A DNA stretch of 64,000 bases from Camelus dromedarius (lineage: Eukaryota). Position numbers and translations under genes: made by a program. The notes under the pieces are model-generated. The model did not search any database and had not been told where the DNA came from. It was given only the letters and a program-made list of their open reading frames with translations. Where the stretch lies: positions 112,284,001-112,348,000 of the forward strand of contig NC_087437.1 in NCBI RefSeq assembly GCF_036321535.1. Reading direction: 5' to 3'. This document shows, in pieces, positions 34,500 through 47,800 of this stretch; positions within the stretch are counted from its first letter, which is position 1; every line of letters starts with the position of its first letter.

Positions 34500-35777
34500 A
34501 TGGCTAATTTCAGGGCTGGGCAGGAAAAGTATAAAATGAGCCTAGGACATCTTATGCCTGAAGATAAAGAAGTGCTTAAAGGTTAAAAAAAAAAAAAAAA
34601 AAGACAGGATATATCCAAAGGAACATGCCCCAGCTTGAAATGGCTCCCACTGGCCAAAACTGGGACAATTTGAGCATTAAAATAAAAGACGGTGTATCTT
34701 CTAGTAACCTATAAGGAAAAAGAATATGAAAACATATATGTATGCTTATGTATGACTGAAACATTATGCCTTACACAAGACATTGACACAACATTGTAAA
34801 CTGACTATACTTCAATCAATCAATCATTCAATAAAATAAAGAAGGTGTACAGGTGGAGTATAGGGGATTTTTAAGAGCAGTGAAACTATTCTGCATGATG
34901 CTGAATAGTGGTAGAAAAACAACATTATCTATTTGGCAAAACCTATAGAATTACACAACACAAAGAGAGATCCCTAATGTAAACTATGGACTTCAGTTAA
35001 TCATAATGTTTATCAACAGAAAGTCATTCATTGTAACAAGTATACCATACCATTGCAAGATATTAACAATAGGGGAACTTGATGGGGAGACGAAAGGGGA
35101 TAGATAACTGGGAACTACTGTCTATACTTTCTGCCCAATTTTTTCTATAAATCTAAAACTGCTCTAAAAAGTGAAGTCTATTAATACATTTTTTAATAAA
35201 TAAAGCTATTAATGAACTATAAATAATTGAATAAATTAAGAAAGCTATTAATCCATACTGATAATAAACAGAAAGAAGAGAAAGCTCTCTCCTACAATAT
35301 GTGGACCAATACTGACCAATATTTGCATTTGGAGAGGCAGGGTTCATACTATCATAGGAGACTGGTTCAGGCAGGGATCAATGGATGCTAATTCTAGATG
35401 TAAAAGTCTGATGAAGAGCTGGGTATTTGCAGGATCTCTCCACAGATTAGTTGCAAGGGGAAAATAGGAACAACTGAGTGGAGACATTGAATAACATCTT
35501 GACCATCCATTCAAAACTAGCATCACCAATGAGGGACAGAGGAACATTGTTTGCCTTCAGATGGGATAGCAGAGAACACAACACAATTTATGCAGTATTC
35601 CAGACAGGAATGCATAATCTGATTCTAATCATGAGGAAACATCAGGCAAGCCCAAATTGAGAAGCATTCTATAAAATAATTGGCCTATTAAAAAAAAAAG
35701 TTGGTGTTGTGAAAGACCAAGGCCACAAAACTGCTCCAGATTAAAGACAGCTAAAGTAGTTCGGGGAAAAAGAAGTT

Positions 35778-35818
<41 letters not shown>

Positions 35819-35945
35819 ACAGAGATAAAAATATGGCAAAATATTATTAATTTGGTGAATCTGGGCAAAGAGTATGCAAGGGTTCTCTTAACATTTTTGC
35901 AACTTTTCTGTAAGTTTGAAATTATTTTGAAATAAAAAGTTTAAA
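34500..35945 (+). mobile_element. Old L1 (L1MC/L1MD-like) 3' UTR fragments with nested younger L1 tail; boundaries approximate
   Basis: Motifs such as AATCATGAGGAAACATCAGGCAAGCCCAAATTGAG and GCAACTTTTCTGTAAGTTTGAAATTATTT. Confidence 0.6.
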
Positions 35946-36324
35946 AAAAATATGCTTTAGGGAAAAACTGCAAGTGTAACCTCTGGATCATTGTAACTTG
36001 AATGGAAGGGGATTCTGGGTTAAGGGACAGAGCTAGCACCACACAGGAAAGTAATTCATGCATCATCCATATACACACTATTACAGCATGTAGGTTGAAA
36101 GTGAAGTGCATAAAGTGCTACAGGGCGTCACAATTAAATTTTTAAAATTCAATTCAATTTTATTAAAATACAATCTAATCTTTACAATTATTGTATTAAG
36201 ATGGGAAAGGCCATGAAAGTCTTCTGTGCCATGCAAATACTGTCAACTTAAAAACGAATTGTGTATTTTCTCAAAAGATGCTTACTGACCTTCTCTTTAA
36301 CAAGTGGATAACATTAGCAAGTGA

Positions 36325-36796
36325 TGTAGTGCTAATTAAAAATTGGCACTTGCCATCTAACTCTGCTTAGATTAAATCATAAGCCGTTGCAACCACTGAC
36401 CAACACACCCTGAAAGGAGTTCAGGATGGAGGTCAGGAATGAGGCGCTCTGTGCTCTGGGAAGACTGGCTGAACAGGCCTTCAGATAGTTAGGTATTTTC
36501 AGGGGAAGATTTTATGATCCCAGTTCTCGTGTCTCCTCATATCTAGAAAAGCACTAGAATCATTAACGGTGATGACTGCTCCTCATGACTAGCAGCAGCC
36601 TCTGCCTGAACATGTGCTTGGCTGCACGTCCCCCCCTTCACTGAAATCACATATAATACTGAGCTTTCCCCCTGCCTCCTTGGTACAGTTTCTCAGAGCT
36701 TTCTGGGTTGCTCTTTCCCGGGCTATAGTCATCATTTTGCCCCCAATAAAACTTAACCCACAACTCTCACATTGTGTGATTTTATTTCAGTTGACA
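36325..36796 (+). mobile_element. ERV1-type solo LTR ~1.8 kb upstream of the IFNAR1 start codon
   Basis: TG...CA ends, near-TSD GTGA/GTAA, AATAAA at 36745-36750. Shares CATATCTAGAAAAGCACTA and the TTCAGTTGACA terminus with the 28068 LTR family. Confidence 0.75.
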
Positions 36797-37879
36797 GTAA
36801 CAATGTTGAAAAACAAAACAAAGCATTATATCTCTCAAAATTGCTTTTATTGTGAGCAAATGAAAATCAAAAGACACTATACAGGTATAAACTATATACA
36901 ATTCTTTTGGAATTGTATATTTGGAAGTATTTCCATTTGAATTTGATTTTTGTTGCCAAAAATGCTATATGCATCTAAAAAGCCTCTAGTTGCCCACCTA
37001 AGAAAGTGGGGGAAAAAATACTTAAGACATATTCTGAATGAAATATTTCAGTCCATGAAATGTTTTGGGCCCACTGTTCTAAATATAAAAATATAACATA
37101 TTCCAACTAGTTTGGAAGACAACTTTTGGACAGTAGGAAATAAAAATTACAATGAAAACCGTAAGTCAAAGAGTTGTTGGAAAGGCTTTTTATGTATGAT
37201 TCAGCACATGCAACCAAGAGCTTCCTTCTTCCATTTGGATCCACATTCTCCTGGGGTTATTTTTCCATTGATGATGTCGTTAAAGCACTGACATACTCAG
37301 AATCAAACCTAAAATTTTATGAATCACTAAGTAATAATCTTAAGTTTTTAAAAATGAGGCCTAAAAACTGGACAGATTTACTAAAAATCATCGTTCACTT
37401 AAAATGGGTGAATTTCATGGTATATAAATTAGTCCTCAAAGTTGTTTATAAGGCAACATTGAAGTACATAGGTCTTTACAAATACTCATTATACCTTATA
37501 ATTGATAATTAGTTTAGTTGTTATAATTAACAGTAAGCGTTTGACTGCTTATTTCATCTTTCATTATCTTTTCCCTTTTGTGTGTTTTCATAATGTACAT
37601 AATCTATTACTAATATATTTAAAGTATGAAGATGAATATACTTATGTATATGCATGACTGGGACACTGTGCAGTACATCAGAGATTGACACATTGTAATT
37701 GACTGTACTTCAATTTAAAAAAAATTCATTGCAGTAAAAAATAAACTAAAACAATTTTTAAAAGATATTTAAATAACCATTTGAATGGTGGACTCAAATT
37801 GTTTACTGGTAACAACGGACGCTCAAAAGAGGTTACAGAACGCTGTTCTGGAGACCACCTCCAACCCAGAAACTCACGA

Positions 37880-38800
37880 CCCCCTCCAAGGGGCCCATAC
37901 GCCCCGGGCCAAGTTGCCCCGAAAACGAACGCTCCATGTGTCCCGGTTTGACTCGAGCCTACCCCACGTTCATCGCGCTCTGCATAAAGGAAACGGCCTG
38001 GCTCTCCCGGGAGCTTCCTCATTCTTTCCTCCCTTAATCCCCAAGCCGCCCCAACGCCGCTTTTCCAGGCTCCCGTGTCCGCGAGCCGGGCGGGGGAAGG
38101 CGAGGGCCCCGAGGGCCCGGCAGTGCCTCAGGTTGCAACTACCCGGAAGGAGTGCGGGGAACTACAGACCGCAAGGGCTGCGCATGAGCACTGGCAAAGC
38201 TCCGCGTGCCTCCAAGGGTCAAGGCCTCGGGCTAGGCGTGGTCTTCCCGGAACGAGAGGACGGAAGGCTACTGGGCAGTCCCTGACCGAAAAGAGGCGAA
38301 GGGAGGCGGCGGCTTGGCGGCACACCGCTGTCCCACTCGCGTGCACGGGAGCAGAGGGAGGGGACTAAGGCAGGGGGCGGGGCGACTGAGGAGGGGTGGG
38401 GCGCGCACGGAAGGGACGGCGCGTGCGCGGGGGTCGGGTGACGAGCGCCGAGGGGCGGGGCAGGGCGACGCGGAGGGGGCCGGTGGAGCGTGGAGCGCGG
38501 GGTCCAGAGTGGTTTGTGCGCCAAAGTTTCCCTAGCGCCGCGCTGCGCTACCTGAGGCAGCCGAAGATGTAACTGGAGGGGTCGACGGCGGCCCGCGGAC
38601 TATGCTCGCGCTCCTGGGCGTGGCGACCCTGATGCTGGTCGCTGGAGCGCCATGGGTGTTGCCCGAAGCTGCAGGTCAGAGATAGGGGTCCGCGCGCAGG
38701 ATCGGGGGCGAGGCGCGAGGCTGAACGGCGGCAGCTTGGGAAACCTGGGCATCTGGAAGCGGGTGGGAGGGACAGACTTCCTCTCTGGTTGTCCGTGGTC
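37880..38800. promoter_or_regulatory. IFNAR1: CpG island promoter of IFNAR1
   Basis: Dense CpG and high GC spanning exon 1. GC boxes GGGGCGGGG at 38374-38382 and 38452-38460, GAS TTCCCGGAA at 38244-38252, ETS CCGGAAG, NRF1-like TGCGCATGAGCA. No TATA box seen. Confidence 0.9.
38602..38674 (+). CDS. IFNAR1: IFNAR1 exon 1 (signal peptide)
   Basis: [24 protein letters not shown]; donor CAG|GTCAGA. Confidence 0.93.
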
Positions 38801-41800
38801 ACAGCGCTCACATTGAAACCGACTTGGGCTCGAAAATCAAACGGGAGAAAGTGATGTTCAAGATCTTTCCACGCCTCTTGCTTGGGGGTGCCCTCCTCGC
38901 TATCCCTCCTGCCCTGTGACTGTTCCCGGGGCTCCCACCTCCGCGGGTTCTGGGTGTGCGAGACCCTTAAGTGTCGAGTTTGTTTCCGATAAATCCGACA
39001 GCTCGCCTGGACTGTTTGATAATAAACAAGCTATGCTGTTGTTCCTCAATTTAGTAGACAGTTACTCCGTCCCGCTTGGGAGCGGGATAAGGTTTGCAAG
39101 GATTTCTCTGCCCTCAGGAGTCGTGCAGTCTAATAAAAAGTGGTAATAAAAGAAAAATACGCAGCCAAAATACAGAGGCTGGGAGCCACCAGTCTAGTTT
39201 GCTGGCTTTCCTAACTTGGCAGAGGTGCGTGGGGAATGGCAACTATTATAAGGTTGACTTTGCAGTGAGAAGGGGTACCCAGAGACAAACAGGGCCATGC
39301 AATGAGCAGGAATCCAGGGGTTGGTAAGGCCACTTAGTGGGCTTAAATACTTTACTATTTGTTTAGAAAAGCATACCCTGGTTTTCTGGGGTACATAATA
39401 TCTTGTAAAAAAAAATAAATAAATAAAACAGCCAGTTAGTTATTTTACCAGCATAGTGGGTTTCTTCCAGAGTAGCAGAGGAATTGCAATTTAGGGCAAG
39501 AAAGCTATAGGCAAGTACAAGAAGAAAAAGAACATTATAGAGAAAAAGGAGGAAGGAAGTTGGGTGGGATGGTTTTGAAAGACATCAAGAGTTGAGATGG
39601 CCGGCCTTTCCCGTCCGCCGGGCTTGTTGCTGGAATAGAATCCTTCGTGTCGGATCTGTAATTGAGGATTACTGAGGCTTCTTGTTGAGCTGCTGGCGCT
39701 TCCTGTAATTGATGGTGAGTGGAAGTGCGTGAAGGCTCTGGCCTCTGGCCTGCTGTCTTCATTTTAGGAGTCCAATACGCTATCCATTGCGCGACGGAGA
39801 CACCCTCCTGTCTTCATTTTAAATGACGTTTCCTTTATCCTGTTTCACAAATGTTTTCTCATACTTTTCCACAAACATGGTATATAGTATAGTATATGGG
39901 TACTAGGATCCTGGTGTAACCCCTGGTAATTTCTTTGGAGTCTTTTGTTCATGAAAATTTTGCATTAAACCTATGTTTGCTTTTGGATAAAAAGAATTTC
40001 CCCAGAATTTTCATGTAAAATTAACACTCCAGGAGGGTGTTCATTAAGATCATAATTTTAACCTAGATTAGAGGAGAACTGAAATAAACTTTATACACAA
40101 CTGGCATTTATTGCCTTCTTAACCATGGTGCCACACACTATTCTAAATGTTTTAAAGGTATGAACTCATTTAGTTTTCAGAACAAAGCTGGGCACCATTA
40201 TCCTCACTTTGCAGGTTAGGCAGACTGAGGCCATACAGCTAGCCACTGGTTTAGGGGGAAATCAAACCCTGGGAATCTGGCCTCAAAGCTCTGGGGGCTA
40301 ACACTAGACTTTTTCTAAAGGTCAACAATTTAGTTCTTTTTTTTTATTTTTAATTTATAATTTGTTTACTTGTGTCTTATTTTCTTGGGGGGGAGGTACT
40401 TAGATTTTGTTTTTTAAGTAAGGTACTGGGGATTGAACCCCAGGACTTTATGCATGCCAGGCACGCACCCTACCACTAAGCTATACCCTCCCCCTACAAT
40501 TTAGTTCTTGATTATCCTATATGTTAAGCTTAGGTATCTTTCAATTAACTAATCTACTTTTTTCTCAAAGGAATAATAATATTCAAAACTAAATGAAATG
40601 GTAACTCTAACCTGAGATCATAATGTTGCCCTGTTTTTCAAAGTCATCAGAATATTCATGCTTTTTTAAATATGTGTGTGTGTGTGTGTGTGTGTTTATG
40701 CTTTATTTATTTATTTATTTTCCCCTTAATGGAAGCACTGGGGCTTGAACCCAGGACCTCATGGATGCCAAGTGTACGCTCTACCCACCTCGCCTAAAAT
40801 ATTCATACTTTTAAAGCAATTCTGGGATCCTAGTCTAAGAAAACTATCTAAACTATAGGAGGAAATTTATATTTGCATGGATGTATGTTTTTGGATTTAT
40901 GTCGTACTTAAAAATATAGTAAATCATTTCTCGTCATCAATATGAATGTGAAAGGTTGGAAGCAACCAATTGTATAAATAGAATTATTGAATTAAGTACC
41001 CATTTATATATTTTACATGCTAAAAAGGTGAACTAAATTATTGTCAAAGGGATATTGTTAATACTAATGGAACAGAATCCACAACATCTAAGATCCTGTT
41101 TAATAATTATTTCCAATGTGTTCATTTATCAGTCGGTTATTTGTTTGTCTCCCAAATGCCAAGATGCTTCTAACTCTGGAGTTTCCTTACCTTAATAGCA
41201 GAAGGATTGCGTCCCTGAGGAATTACCTGGCTCTATCCCAGGCATCAGATTTCTTTGTTCTTGCTCAAGACCCAGAATTACTAGAGTTAGAATATTCTAG
41301 GCTAGAGACTACAAATGCCATCAGACCTTTTTGTTAATCCTGTAAACCCAATCACTGTCCTTTGGCTGCATGGGATCTATAAACTTCCAACAACTGGGAT
41401 GGGAATTAAGTTTAGAGTGGCATAAGGGGAAGTATTCTAGTCAATGATGGAGTCCGAGAATGCGAGCGCAATGCAGAAAGTCAAGGCTGGGGAGGCTCAA
41501 TGAGCACCTCACCAAATTAAAATTAATAATTTAGAAAATATTTTCTCAGATGTCTCCCATGTTGACTCCATACTGTAGTATCTCAAACTGGAAAGTAGAG
41601 GAAGCAGCCCCCATAAAAAAAGATCTACACGAGGACCCCTGGTGTAGAAGGTCTGCAGGAAGATAACATGCTTGCCCTGCACAGAAGTAAAGGCTAGAAA
41701 TACTGGAGGAAAAAAATAATAAATTTAAAAGCTGGTCTTTTAAAAATTATAATTCATCAAAATCAATCTTTTGTGATATTGAGAAAGTTCCTGTGAACTT

Positions 41801-44800
41801 AGCATTACTCTGAGGACTCTGAAAAACGTAGATTAAGTATGAAGCTATGTAGACCCTGCCTTAAGGAACTTGAAATCTGGTTGGAGGTTTGTGTTTAACA
41901 TAAAGAAGCAATTTTTTAAGACATTTTTTTCTTGTTTATTTATTTATATATGTGTTTATTTTACAATGTCATTTTTTTAATTGAAGTATAGTTGATGCAC
42001 AATATTATATGTTATAGGTATAGTATACATTATAGTAATTCACAGTTTTTAAAGGTTATACTCCAGTTAGAGTTATTAGAAGATATTGGCCATATGCCCC
42101 ATGGTGTACAATACATCCTTGAAGCTTATTTTATACCTGGTAGTTTGTACCTCTTAATCTGTCACCTCCATGTTGCCCCTACCCCTTCCCTCTCCCCACT
42201 GGTAACCACTAGTTCCTTCTCTACATCTGCGAGTGTTTCTTTTCTGTTATATTCACTGGTTTGCTGTATTTTTTTAGATTCCAAATGTAAGTGATATCTT
42301 ACAGTATTTGCCTTTCTTTTTCTGACTTATTTCACTTAACTCCTGGAGTTAAGCTCCACTGGCCTTCAAAACCAGGTGTCCTGGGGTCTCCTCCCAATGC
42401 CGGAACCCCGGGCTGGGGAGCCTGACGTGGGGCTGAGAGCTCTCACTCCTGTGGGGTGGGCCTCTGCAACTTAACTGTTCTTCAGCTTGTGGGTCGCCCA
42501 CCCCAGGGGTATGGGGCCCGGTTATATCCCGAGCATGCCCCTCCCATCATCCCGCTGTGGTCCCCTTTTTATGTTTCCAGTTGAAGAGGATCTTTTTTGC
42601 TAGATTCCAGTCTTTGGTTTTTTCAGTGGTTGTTTAGCAGTCAGTTGTGGCTTTGTTGTAGTTACAAGGAGAGGCGAGTTCTTGGTCCTACTACTCCGCC
42701 GTCTAGACTGGAAATCGCCAAAAAAAACTTCATTCCGCAAGTTTTGAGAGCCTGCTCAATGTCAGGTACTGGGCTGAGTGCATGTACTTAATGTGAAGTT
42801 CAGTGTGCAGATTCATGACACGGCGGAAAGGAAGAGTAAGGTCAGCATGAGCTGCACTATTTGAGGAAGGTTTTCTGTTAGGGAGCGAACTTTAGCTGGG
42901 TCTTGGAGGATTTGGGTGGTCAGAGAGGAAGAAAAATTCGGATTGGAGGGGCCAATGGGAAAAATCAGAAAAGAGGGCGTCCAACTGGTGGAAGATTTGT
43001 GCTAGAACTATAAGAAATAAAGGGGAAAGGGATGGGGGAAAGAGATTCATTAGCAGTATGGGACTAACAGATACAACCTACTATACATAAAATAAGCAAG
43101 AATATACTGTATAACACAGGAAACTATACTCAAAATCTTATAATAACCTGCAGTGGAAAATAATCTGAAGTATATATATATATCTGAATCATTTTGCTAT
43201 ACACCTGAAACTAACACAGTATTATAAATCAACTATACTTCAGTTAAAAAAAAAAAGAAATAAGAAATAGGTCTTCAGATGGAAGTCCTTAAAAATACAG
43301 AAGGGTTCAGACTTGATATCTTCAGCAGTCAGGATCTTCTCAGATTCCTGTAGGGCTTGGCTGACATGATAAACCTTCATACCTCTACCTCTCGGTTTTA
43401 TTGTGTAAATATTTGTTTCCTGTGACTGTCTGTCACCTCGCAAACCACATCTGTTCAGTTCTCTCTCAGAGTATATCCCTCTCTGAACAGAGAATGTGAA
43501 ACCAAATGGAGGTTTTAAACAGTTGACCCATATATCCTTTATGTCATTGTCACTTTCAAGACCAAAGAAAAATACTGTTTTCATACAGAGACTTGTTCTA
43601 ATTAAAACACATGTTTATCTTTACCTTTTTATGATCTATTTTTTCTGCCTTTATTGAGATATATTGGCATATAATGTTTGCTTTTTATAGATTAAAAAAA
43701 CTCTGCCTTTTTCCAACTCTTGAATGCAGAGTTAGAAATAAATTAGCCCCCTCCCCGTGCTGAGAGTAATCACTAGGTTTTTGGGTTTTGTTTTCAGATT
43801 TTTAAATAGACTTTGTTATATTTAAATGTATTCATTCTTCAGTCAATGATATGAAGGAAAGAATAACATTTTTAAAAATGTCTATAGCATACAGATGTAG
43901 ATATAACTGTCTTTTTTGTCGTTGCCTTTACAGAAGGAACAAATCTGAAACCTCCTGAAAATGGAGAGGTCTCCATCATTGATGACAGTTTCACCCTGAA
44001 GTGGAACAGGAGCGGTGGATATTTCAAGAACGTGACTTTTTCAGCAGAGTATCAAACGTACGTCACTCTACTTACTGATTTGCTGAATACTTGTTATAAT
44101 TTTAACCCGATTTTTTTTTTCAGATTTGGGAAACTTGAGTTTTTCCACTTTTTAAAGAAAATGTATGGCTACTTTGTATATTTGTAACTTCATTTCTACA
44201 GAGACTTAGTCACAGTCATCTTTGGGCATTGAAGCAAGAAATTTGGAGCGTGAGGATAGCAGACAACTTCTGTAGCCCACAGCCATGCCTTCTCTGTTCT
44301 GGATGCTCCAACTTCTTCAGACATAAAGTAGGATCTGACCTAGAGCATGCCTTGAGGATATGAGAGTGCCCCCTCAAGGCCTAGCCGCAGTTTTGGTATC
44401 AGCTGCCAGGCTTTCTTGTATCCCCATCATACACAAAATTTCCATTTTAGATATACGTTATAAACATCAGTATATTGAGCCCTGTGTTCCCACAGACCCA
44501 GTGTTTCTGGAGTTTCTGCCTCCTCCCTAGTGCTCACTTTCCAGTTACTGATTGCCAAGGGGACGGGCAGACAGGGAGTTGAAGAAGAAAGTTTACAGGA
44601 GGAAATACAGCTCAGGAAGTACAGTAGTTCGCTTTGGGCATTGGAGCCCTGTCTGCTAACCATGATCCCTGTGCAACAAACAGCCTAGGGATGCGGGCAG
44701 TGACGAAACGGGGCGTAGAATTTCCAGGACCAGGATTCCACTGCATCAACCACAGCCCTGTTGTTCTCCAGTTGACTGTTAGTAGTGTGTGTGTGTGTGT

Positions 44801-47800
44801 GCAGTTGATCCTTGAACAATGGCAGGACTTAGGGTGCCAACCCCCAAGCAGTTGGAGATCTGAGTGTGACTTTACAGTAGGCCCTCCATATCTGCGGTCT
44901 GCCTCCGTGGATTCAACCAACCTTAGATCATGTATTGTAATATGTATTTATTGAAAAAAAATCTGCATGTCATTGGACCCATGCAGTTCAAACCAGTGTT
45001 GTTCACAGGTCAACTATATGTGTGTGTGTACACGCACACACAGTTTTTCTCGGAATTGATAATTGAAGAATTTTCATCTTTAGAGATTTTCTTTAAATTG
45101 AACTTTGAGTTTTGTTACCAATTTTGTTCTTTGCCTTAGTTCAGAATGTTCTTATTAAACAACTGTTTTAAGTATAACAGATTATTTCACATATCTTTAT
45201 TTAAAGTTACCCTCAGAATGAAGAACAGAGCCAAGACCGTGCTCTCGTATTCTTGTTCCTTCACGTGTCCTATTGTTTATACTAAACTCTCCAGTGCACA
45301 GTAATCTTTTACGCTTCCATTCTGACTTTAGTGTCAGATGCACTGTTTCAATGTGTTCTGACTCTATTCACTTCTAGCTTTATAGATGGTTGCCTTGTAA
45401 GAATATGCCAGGCCACAAGTTTAGGGAGTCAGAGTAGCAGTTAGCGTGGTGTAGTGTGGCAGTTAGCGTGGTGTAGTGTGGCAGGGACTTGAGCCAGGCT
45501 GCTTGGGTGTAAATCCATCCTTTGCTACTTTTTCTCTTTATCACAGTTTCCTTATCTGTTAAGTGAAGATAAAAATTAATCTGACCATATGTTATCATTC
45601 AAACCAGGATACTTCTGAGAGTGAAAAGAAGCACTTAATTTTAGATAAGCTGAAGCAATAAGCTTAAACCAGGACAGTGGCAGGCACACTGGGCTGGGAC
45701 ACCCCAGTGATGAAGCATCTAACTCAGCAGGTTGTGAGCGTCGCACAATTGTGTATAAGTGTGCAGAACAGTGGTGCGGAGTACGTGATCGGCTGAAGTG
45801 TAGTTAGTGTCAGCAGCAGACAGACACTTTGCAGTGTAGTCTCAGAACGTAGGACAGACGCCACTGGTGAGAAGTAATACACAGACGCATAAATCAGCCG
45901 CTGGGGTACCAGTGCATGTCGAACACACGCTGTCAAAGACATCAGTGTTCGTGACTTACGTCTCAAATTTATTATGCTGTGTGTAGTTTTCATTCAGCAG
46001 ATACTGAGTGCCTTTTATGCCAAACACTCTGCTGGGTACTGGGAATACATTAGTGAACAGGGGAGACAAAGACAGCATGAAGTTCTGTCCTGAGACGGCT
46101 CTTATGAAATGAATTTCATATTGGTTACATATTCATTTTCAGGTTATATTTCTGCTCTAATCTAAATATTACATATGATAAAGTTTTTTTTAAGAGCATT
46201 TGGAGTGGGGCATGCCACTGTGCCTCCTGCAGCAGGAAGGGCAGATGTGAAGCGTGCAGATGGGCTGAATCCATATCAAGGCCTAGTTTTAAATTTTTTA
46301 TAAGGTTTTCTGTTCATAATAGGAGCTGTCCAGATAAATGGACCAGAGACGCATTACTGGCTTTTTGTCTGTAGTTCCTTTTATTTTGACCCTCCATGCC
46401 CCTAATTTAAAGAGGTTTGTGTACTGTACCCACTTCCCAGGCCTCCTTACATCTCTTATTAATTTCTCTGGAATTAAATTTTCTAATAAATGACATTTGA
46501 GAAAAACAAAATCTGAATTTTGGGCTTAGATTTTTTAAACCTGGACTTTTTAAAAATAGACTGTGATGTGGAGGAGTTTCTCAGGAAGATTTGCATTTAA
46601 ATTAAGGTATTATTAATGTGAACTCTAATCTCAGAGCACAGATAGGTAGAGTAGAAGGGGAAGCTGGCCAGGATTGAAGTGTCCCATATGCTAGTGTATG
46701 TTATTGCTAATTTTTTTTTTTTTGAAAATGTTTCCTTTTTGAAAAATAAGGTAGACTTGAATTGGAGTCAACACAAAAATTATTTGGATATCATCCGTAG
46801 TTTATATCTTAATAAAAAGCACCTTACCTTTTTATTAAAGATGTTGTAGCATCTTTAAAATGAGGTCTGCCGTATTACCAAAAAAATTAAAGTTAGCTGA
46901 TGCTAGAACTTTGAATTAGTCCTGACAGAAATGCCTTCTCAGAGGATAGTTTTTCTGCCTGGTGTAAGGCAGACAGAGCTTATCATAGGCAAAAATTTTG
47001 AAACCTAGTATCTGTTTTCTGTCCCTCACCTTCACTTCAGCCTCCTCTTCCCCCTCTGTAGCAACATGACCTCTCTGTTTCAGGCACTCCATGCCGACTG
47101 GATTTCTTCATGTGGTTAAAGAATCTCATCAGTCACTTAAACCTTTTTTTTTTTTCCACTTAAACTTTTTGATGGACTAAATCCACTTTGAGAAGTTTGT
47201 TAGTTTATGTTAACATTTTAAGTTCTTTGTCTCTAATGATGTAATAGAAGGAATTACGGTTTGTAGAAGGAATGGTCTGGTTTTGAGGAGAGCAGAGGAA
47301 ATTCTCAAAGCATGCCGATTCTGAGGTCTTTCTTTGGGCTTGTAAATCTATTCGTAGGAGGAGGTCAGAAGGGAATCATCAAATCCAGTTCCGAAATTTT
47401 CAGAAAGGAAGAGAGGATCCCGAATACAAGCAATGGGCCAGAGGTTGTGCAGCTGTTTTTAACAAAGGCAGCACTAATCCACTTTTACCTTATGGGTTCT
47501 TTGTTTCTCTGCTTCTTTGAAATCCTGATGCAGCCACCCACAGAATTATAGAACTGTATTAAAAAGTTAACTGTATGTCAGAATTATTCCATTGTATAAA
47601 TAATAACTTGGTATATATGCATTGAAAAAGAGTGGAATGTTTCCCACTTTAATGCTGTCGGGACCTTAACTCAAGTAGAAGAAATAACTGCTTATACTTG
47701 CTTTATAATGTTGATGTAAATAGCAAACATGTTTGTCACTTTTTTGTATTTATAATGTTCATTCATTCATTCACTTTTTTATTTTAAAGACCAGGGATGG

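Noticed and set aside
36454..36462. GAS-like CTCTGGGAA in the upstream LTR
   Set aside because: The first base of TTCnnnGAA is mismatched, so it cannot be supported as a STAT site.
37785..38535. Long ORFs upstream of IFNAR1 exon 1
   Set aside because: Stop-codon depletion is expected in a CpG island. The peptides are Arg/Pro/Gly-rich with no homology I recognise.
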